A model generated the notes under the pieces. It saw only the letters and a program-made list of their open reading frames with translations, made no database searches and was not told the DNA's origin. A program made the position numbers and the translations under genes. Shown piece by piece: positions 60,151 to 64,000 of a DNA stretch of 64,000 nucleotides (position 1 is the first letter of the stretch; each line of letters opens with the position of its first letter). The stretch is from contig CAVRBU010000005.1 of the NCBI GenBank assembly GCA_963719315.1, positions 128,001 through 192,000 on the forward strand. Reading direction: 5' to 3'. This DNA is from an uncultured Planctomycetota bacterium. GTDB taxonomy: Bacteria; Planctomycetota; Planctomycetia; Pirellulales; Lacipirellulaceae.

Positions 60151-61235
60151 TCACTCAGCGTATAACTCCACATGCCGTTGAACCATTGTGTCCGCATTAG
60201 AATGCTTGGCGGCACGTCGGGCAGCCTGCAACTTAAGCGAGCCTGCTAATTCGTGATCGCTGAATACTCGGTCTGTATGCTGCGCCGCGCCGCCCGTCCG
60301 GCGCGCGTGCCGAGGGGAATCAAGTAGCCGGTTTCTCCATCCACTACCAATTCGCGATTCGTCGGCGTATTACTGGCGATGGCCGGCACGCCGGCCGCCA
60401 TCGCTTCCAGAATCGCTGCCGACTGGCCCGTGTTTTCGCTGCCGTTCCAGAGCACATCCAGGTGCGGCATGATTCGCCACACGTCATTGCCCTCCCCCAG
60501 AAAATGAATGTGGACGAGATCGCTGGCGAGCCGGGCGTATTCTTCGAGCTGCGCCCGTAGCGGACCGTCTCCGATAACGAGCACGCGCAGATTGTCGTAC
60601 AGCACGCGCAATAAGTCGGCCGCCCAGATCAGGTCCTTCACACGCTTCTCCGGCACCAGTCGCCCAACGACGCCGATCAGCCGCGCGTCGGCTGGCAGCT
60701 TGAGTTCGCGCAGCAGCGCCTCTCGCGACAAATCGCTGGCCCGCGCCGGTTCCACGCCGCTGGGAATTACGTCGAACTTTTCCGCCGGCAATCCGTTCCG
60801 CACACACCACGCGCGCACCGATTCGCTGTTGGTCACATACCTCGCCGCGCGCCGCGCAAAACGGCGCTCCAGCGCCCACTCCCAATCCAGCTTCCAGCGG
60901 TCGATGCGGTACTGGCCGGCAACCAATCGGCAACCGACCGCAAGGGCGCCGAACATGCCCGGCACGGTGTCCCACGTATGTACCACATCCGGCCGCAATC
61001 GGCGCACGTGCCGCACAAGCTGCCAGTCGGCCAACGGGTCGAGCGCCCACCGCCGTGGAATGATCGTCGTTGGAATCCTGGCGGCCGCAAACTCCTCCAG
61101 CCGCGGCGCTCGCCGATCGAGCTCGCACACATGCACATCGAACCCCTGCTGAGCGAGCCCCTTGGCCAGCACGAGCAACTGCGAAGCGGACCCTGTGTAG
61201 TCGAGCGAATCAATGATGTGCAGGATGCGTGGCAT
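60151..61235 (-). CDS. Glycosyltransferase family 4, frameshift near 60285
   Basis: [15 protein letters not shown]; shifted frame gives ...[13 protein letters not shown] stop. Confidence 0.88.
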
Positions 61236-61246
61236 TAATCAAAAAC

Positions 61247-61326
61247 AGACAAGGAGACAAGGAGAACGGGGAGGCAAAGAGATTCGGCTCATCACATCTT
61301 CTCCTTGTCTCCCCCGCTCCTTGCCT
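61247..61326. repeat. Inverted 8-nt-period array (AGACAAGG)n
   Basis: AGACAAGGAGACAAGGAGA...TCTCCTTGTCTCCCCCGCTCCTTGCCT. Confidence 0.75.
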
Positions 61327-61361
61327 TTGCACTAACGTGAGTTCAAAAGTTAAGTGATGGC

Positions 61362-61889
61362 TCATTCAGTGGATAAATCTTCCGGCTCCAACGCCGCCAC
61401 GTACGGCAGGTTGCGAAACCGATCTTCATAGTCCAGTCCGTAGCCCACGACGAATTCATCCGGAATCTCGAACATCACGATATCCGGCTGAATTGGCACT
61501 TCCGAGCGCCCGATCTTACGCATCAGCACGGCGGACCGCAGCGACGCCGGCTCGTGCTGGAGCAGTTGGGCCAGCACCTCGACCAGCGTGTGGCCGGTGT
61601 CGAAGATGTCGTCGATCACGAGCACATCGCACCCCTTCAGCCTGGGAAGCAATTCGCCGAAAACCACCGCAGCCTCGTGGGGCTCGTTCGGGGTGCGGTA
61701 GCGGCTGGACTGAATGAGGGCCACACGGAGCGGCATTTCGAGCTGGCGTATCAAATCGGCCAACAACACCAGGCTGCCGGTGAGAATCGCCACGATCGTG
61801 AGCGGCCGACCGTCGTAGATCGCCGCCAGATGCTCGGCCAACTGGCGTACGCCGTCGCGAATCTGATTGGAGCTAAGAATTTGCTTCAC
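61362..61889 (-). CDS. hpt: Hypoxanthine phosphoribosyltransferase
   Basis: VLVIDDIFDTGHTL, FVVGYGLD; GTG start inferred. Confidence 0.93.
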   Translation of the reverse strand: MKQILSSNQIRDGVRQLAEHLAAIYDGRPLTIVAILTGSLVLLADLIRQLEMPLRVALIQSSRYRTPNEPHEAAVVFGELLPRLKGCDVLVIDDIFDTGHTLVEVLAQLLQHEPASLRSAVLMRKIGRSEVPIQPDIVMFEIPDEFVVGYGLDYEDRFRNLPYVAALEPEDLSTE

Positions 61890-61922
61890 GCGCTCTTCCG
61901 TCCCGCATCGTAGGGTGTGCAC

Positions 61923-62033
61923 TGGTTCGGCGCGGGTCTCCCGACCCCGCCGAAATCGCCGACCGCAGGTCTCAGACCTCCTGGAGACCTTCGGCCACTC
62001 GATGGGTGCGGGGTCAGTAGGCCCGCGCACAAC
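61923..62033. repeat. REP-like composite palindrome
   Basis: GGTTCGGCGCGGGTCTCCCGACCCCGCC...GCGGGGTCAGTAGGCCCGCGCACAAC. Confidence 0.55.
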
Positions 62034-62116
62034 TGTTCTCCCACAAAGGGCCGTCATTCTACGCGAGGCGCAAAGGGTTCACTAGACGGCCGCCGCCCCG
62101 CGCTCGCGATAAGAAT

Positions 62117-62309
62117 GTCTCACGCAAAGGTGCCAAGTCGCAAAGAATTCAAGCAAAAAGCAACTACGCATTGAAAGGGAGGATACGGGAATAACAGAGC
62201 ATCATTTATTCTCCGTTCCCTCTGTCCCTCCTGTTCAAAAAATGACGCTTCTATTCGCATTGCAGGCAGACGCGGCTTTCCTTTGTGCCTTAGCGCCTTG
62301 GCGTGAGAC
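62117..62309. repeat. Nested inverted repeats with about 9-nt period
   Basis: Outer arms 62117-62145/62281-62309; inner arms 62171-62199/62211-62238. Confidence 0.7.
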
Positions 62310-62335
62310 CTGCTTTCGCTTTACAGTCTTAGTTA

Positions 62336-63091
62336 ATGACAAGCGCCGTCGGATTTTGGAGTCAGATCGAACTCGCCGGGCACGCGTGTCGGCTGTATGA
62401 ACCTCCGTCGCCGAGCCCGCACAATTACACGATCGTGTACCTGCACTGCAGCGAGGCCGCATCGCTCCGCGACTATCCACGATTCGTCGAGCAGTTCGAT
62501 CGTCACGGGCTGTGTGTGATCGAACCAGTGACCGGCCGCAGTTGGTGGACCGACCGCATCTGGCCCGAGTTCGATGCGACCATTTCCGCCGAGGCGTTCG
62601 TGCTAAATCACGTGATCCCGTTTGTCTCCGAACATTGGGACTCGCGGCCGCCGCAACTCGCGCTACTAGGCGTCAGCATGGGTGGCCAGGGCGCGCTCCG
62701 CATGGCGTACAAGCACCCCAACATCTTCCCGACCGTCGCCGCGATATCGCCGGCGATCGATTTTCAGAAGCGGATCGATGAAGGCGTCGATCCCGGCCTC
62801 GATTACATGTACGGCGACGCCGAAGCCGCCCGCCAGGACTCGGCCCTCTTGCACATCCACCCGCTCAACTGGCCGCGCAACCAATTCTTCTGCTGCGATC
62901 CGACGGACTACCGTTGGTACGATTCGGCCGATCGCTTGCGGATGAAGCTGTGGTCGCTCGGCGTGCCGTTCGAGTGCGATCTCGAAACCGAAGCCGGCGG
63001 CCACAGCTTCCAGTATGCGTGCCACATGGCCAAACGCGCGGTCGAATTCATCGCCCAAAAGCTCGACCAAGAACGCCGGCGAGTCGTGTGA
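62336..63091 (+). CDS. Alpha/beta-hydrolase (esterase)
   Basis: GVSMGG nucleophile elbow, GGH. Confidence 0.9.
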   Translation: MTSAVGFWSQIELAGHACRLYEPPSPSPHNYTIVYLHCSEAASLRDYPRFVEQFDRHGLCVIEPVTGRSWWTDRIWPEFDATISAEAFVLNHVIPFVSEHWDSRPPQLALLGVSMGGQGALRMAYKHPNIFPTVAAISPAIDFQKRIDEGVDPGLDYMYGDAEAARQDSALLHIHPLNWPRNQFFCCDPTDYRWYDSADRLRMKLWSLGVPFECDLETEAGGHSFQYACHMAKRAVEFIAQKLDQERRRVV

Positions 63092-63109
63092 ACGAAAACG
63101 CCCGACATC

Positions 63110-63180
<71 letters not shown>

Positions 63181-63223
63181 TGAACAACAAATGAAGCACA
63201 ATCGTTTCTTAACTCAAAGTGAA

Positions 63224-63367
63224 AACCGCCAAGCACGCCAAGAGCACAAGTCTTCATTGATTACGATGAAAACGCGATAGACTGCCGCATCGCCCTTTCA
63301 CAAACAAACTGCACGCCAAGTTGATTTCTATCTTAATTCCTTGGCGCTCTTGGCGAACTTGGCGGTT
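63224..63367. repeat. Inverted 9-nt-period array (CGCCAAGnn)n
   Basis: AACCGCCAAGCACGCCAAGAGCACAAG...CTTGGCGCTCTTGGCGAACTTGGCGGTT. Confidence 0.75.
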
Positions 63368-63384
63368 CGCCTTTTCAGTTTGAC

Positions 63385-64000
63385 TTACTTCACCGGCGTC
63401 GGCCGCCGCGCGTTCTGCAAATCACTCGGAGTGATCTCTAGATTCTGAATGCCCTCGACTCTGGCAGCATTTGTCGCGCTGGAATATCGGATTCTGCGGG
63501 CTTCGAGCGGTGGCGAATTCACTCCGGCACTGTTGCGCCGCCAGAGCTTGGCCGGTGTCCGCGTGTCGCCTTCGAGCACGAACACTTGCTTCACCGTGTC
63601 ATAGCTAGCCGAATCGGCTTGCACACTGAACTCGCCCTGTCCCGGAATATGCCCCGCGATCCGCACGTCGCCCGTGGCACGCATTTGCACCGGACCCACC
63701 GGGCGCTGGCCGCCGTCGGTCGGGTTCGCGGCCGCCCGGGCCGCGAGTGGGTCTTCGTTCAGACGCAGATCATCGCTCGTGAGTGTGAGGCAGTCTGGAG
63801 ACAATGTTTCCGGCCGGGCCAGATCAAGTTCTTGCTCCCACGAATCCACCGGGCCATACACGGTGCGCACGCGTTCGTGGAACGTGAGCTCGCGGGTGTA
63901 CATATTGCCGTCGAGTCCGCTGTGAAATTCAACGCGCAGGAAATTCAACTTGTTGCCCGCGCCGTTGGCCGGCGCGGAAGTCGCCGCCGGTTGACCTGGG
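63385..64000 (-). CDS. C-terminal part of a large hypothetical protein (possibly OstA/LptA-like)
   Basis: Open frame running off the window; ATGDVRI...ADSASYD..K. Confidence 0.6.
   Translation of the reverse strand, partial: PGQPAATSAPANGAGNKLNFLRVEFHSGLDGNMYTRELTFHERVRTVYGPVDSWEQELDLARPETLSPDCLTLTSDDLRLNEDPLAARAAANPTDGGQRPVGPVQMRATGDVRIAGHIPGQGEFSVQADSASYDTVKQVFVLEGDTRTPAKLWRRNSAGVNSPPLEARRIRYSSATNAARVEGIQNLEITPSDLQNARRPTPVK

Overview
This is a planctomycete (probably Pirellulales-like) chromosomal window, assigned from gene content. It holds the core translation and transcription cluster on the minus strand: tRNA-Thr/Tyr/Gly/Thr, tuf, tRNA-Trp, secE, nusG, rplKAJL, rpoBC, rpsL-rpsG-fusA, and rpsJ-rplCDWB-rpsS-rplV-rpsC-rplP. 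Accessory blocks split the cluster. (1) The strongest candidate for an undescribed system is a four-helix-bundle (23S-IVP/bAvd-like) gene between rpoB and rpoC. It is bracketed by 40-bp inverted arms built from about five 7-nt units (39/40 match), and an empty copy of the same arms sits between rpsL and rpsG. About ten more 7-nt-period palindromes, made of other unit sequences, lie just after stop codons or tRNAs across the cluster. (2) A 3,780-bp IS1-like transporter element has perfect 17-bp TIRs and an 8-bp TSD, carries HigB/HigA-ImmA plus small ORFs, and interrupts a membrane-protein gene that can be reconstructed in frame. (3) A 121-bp MITE with related ends and an 8-bp TSD carries a REP doublet. 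(4) A degenerate RAYT lies beside its REPs. About ten single-base frameshifts, one of them in fusA, suggest long-read indel errors. All family assignments come from motif recognition by eye; no searches were run.
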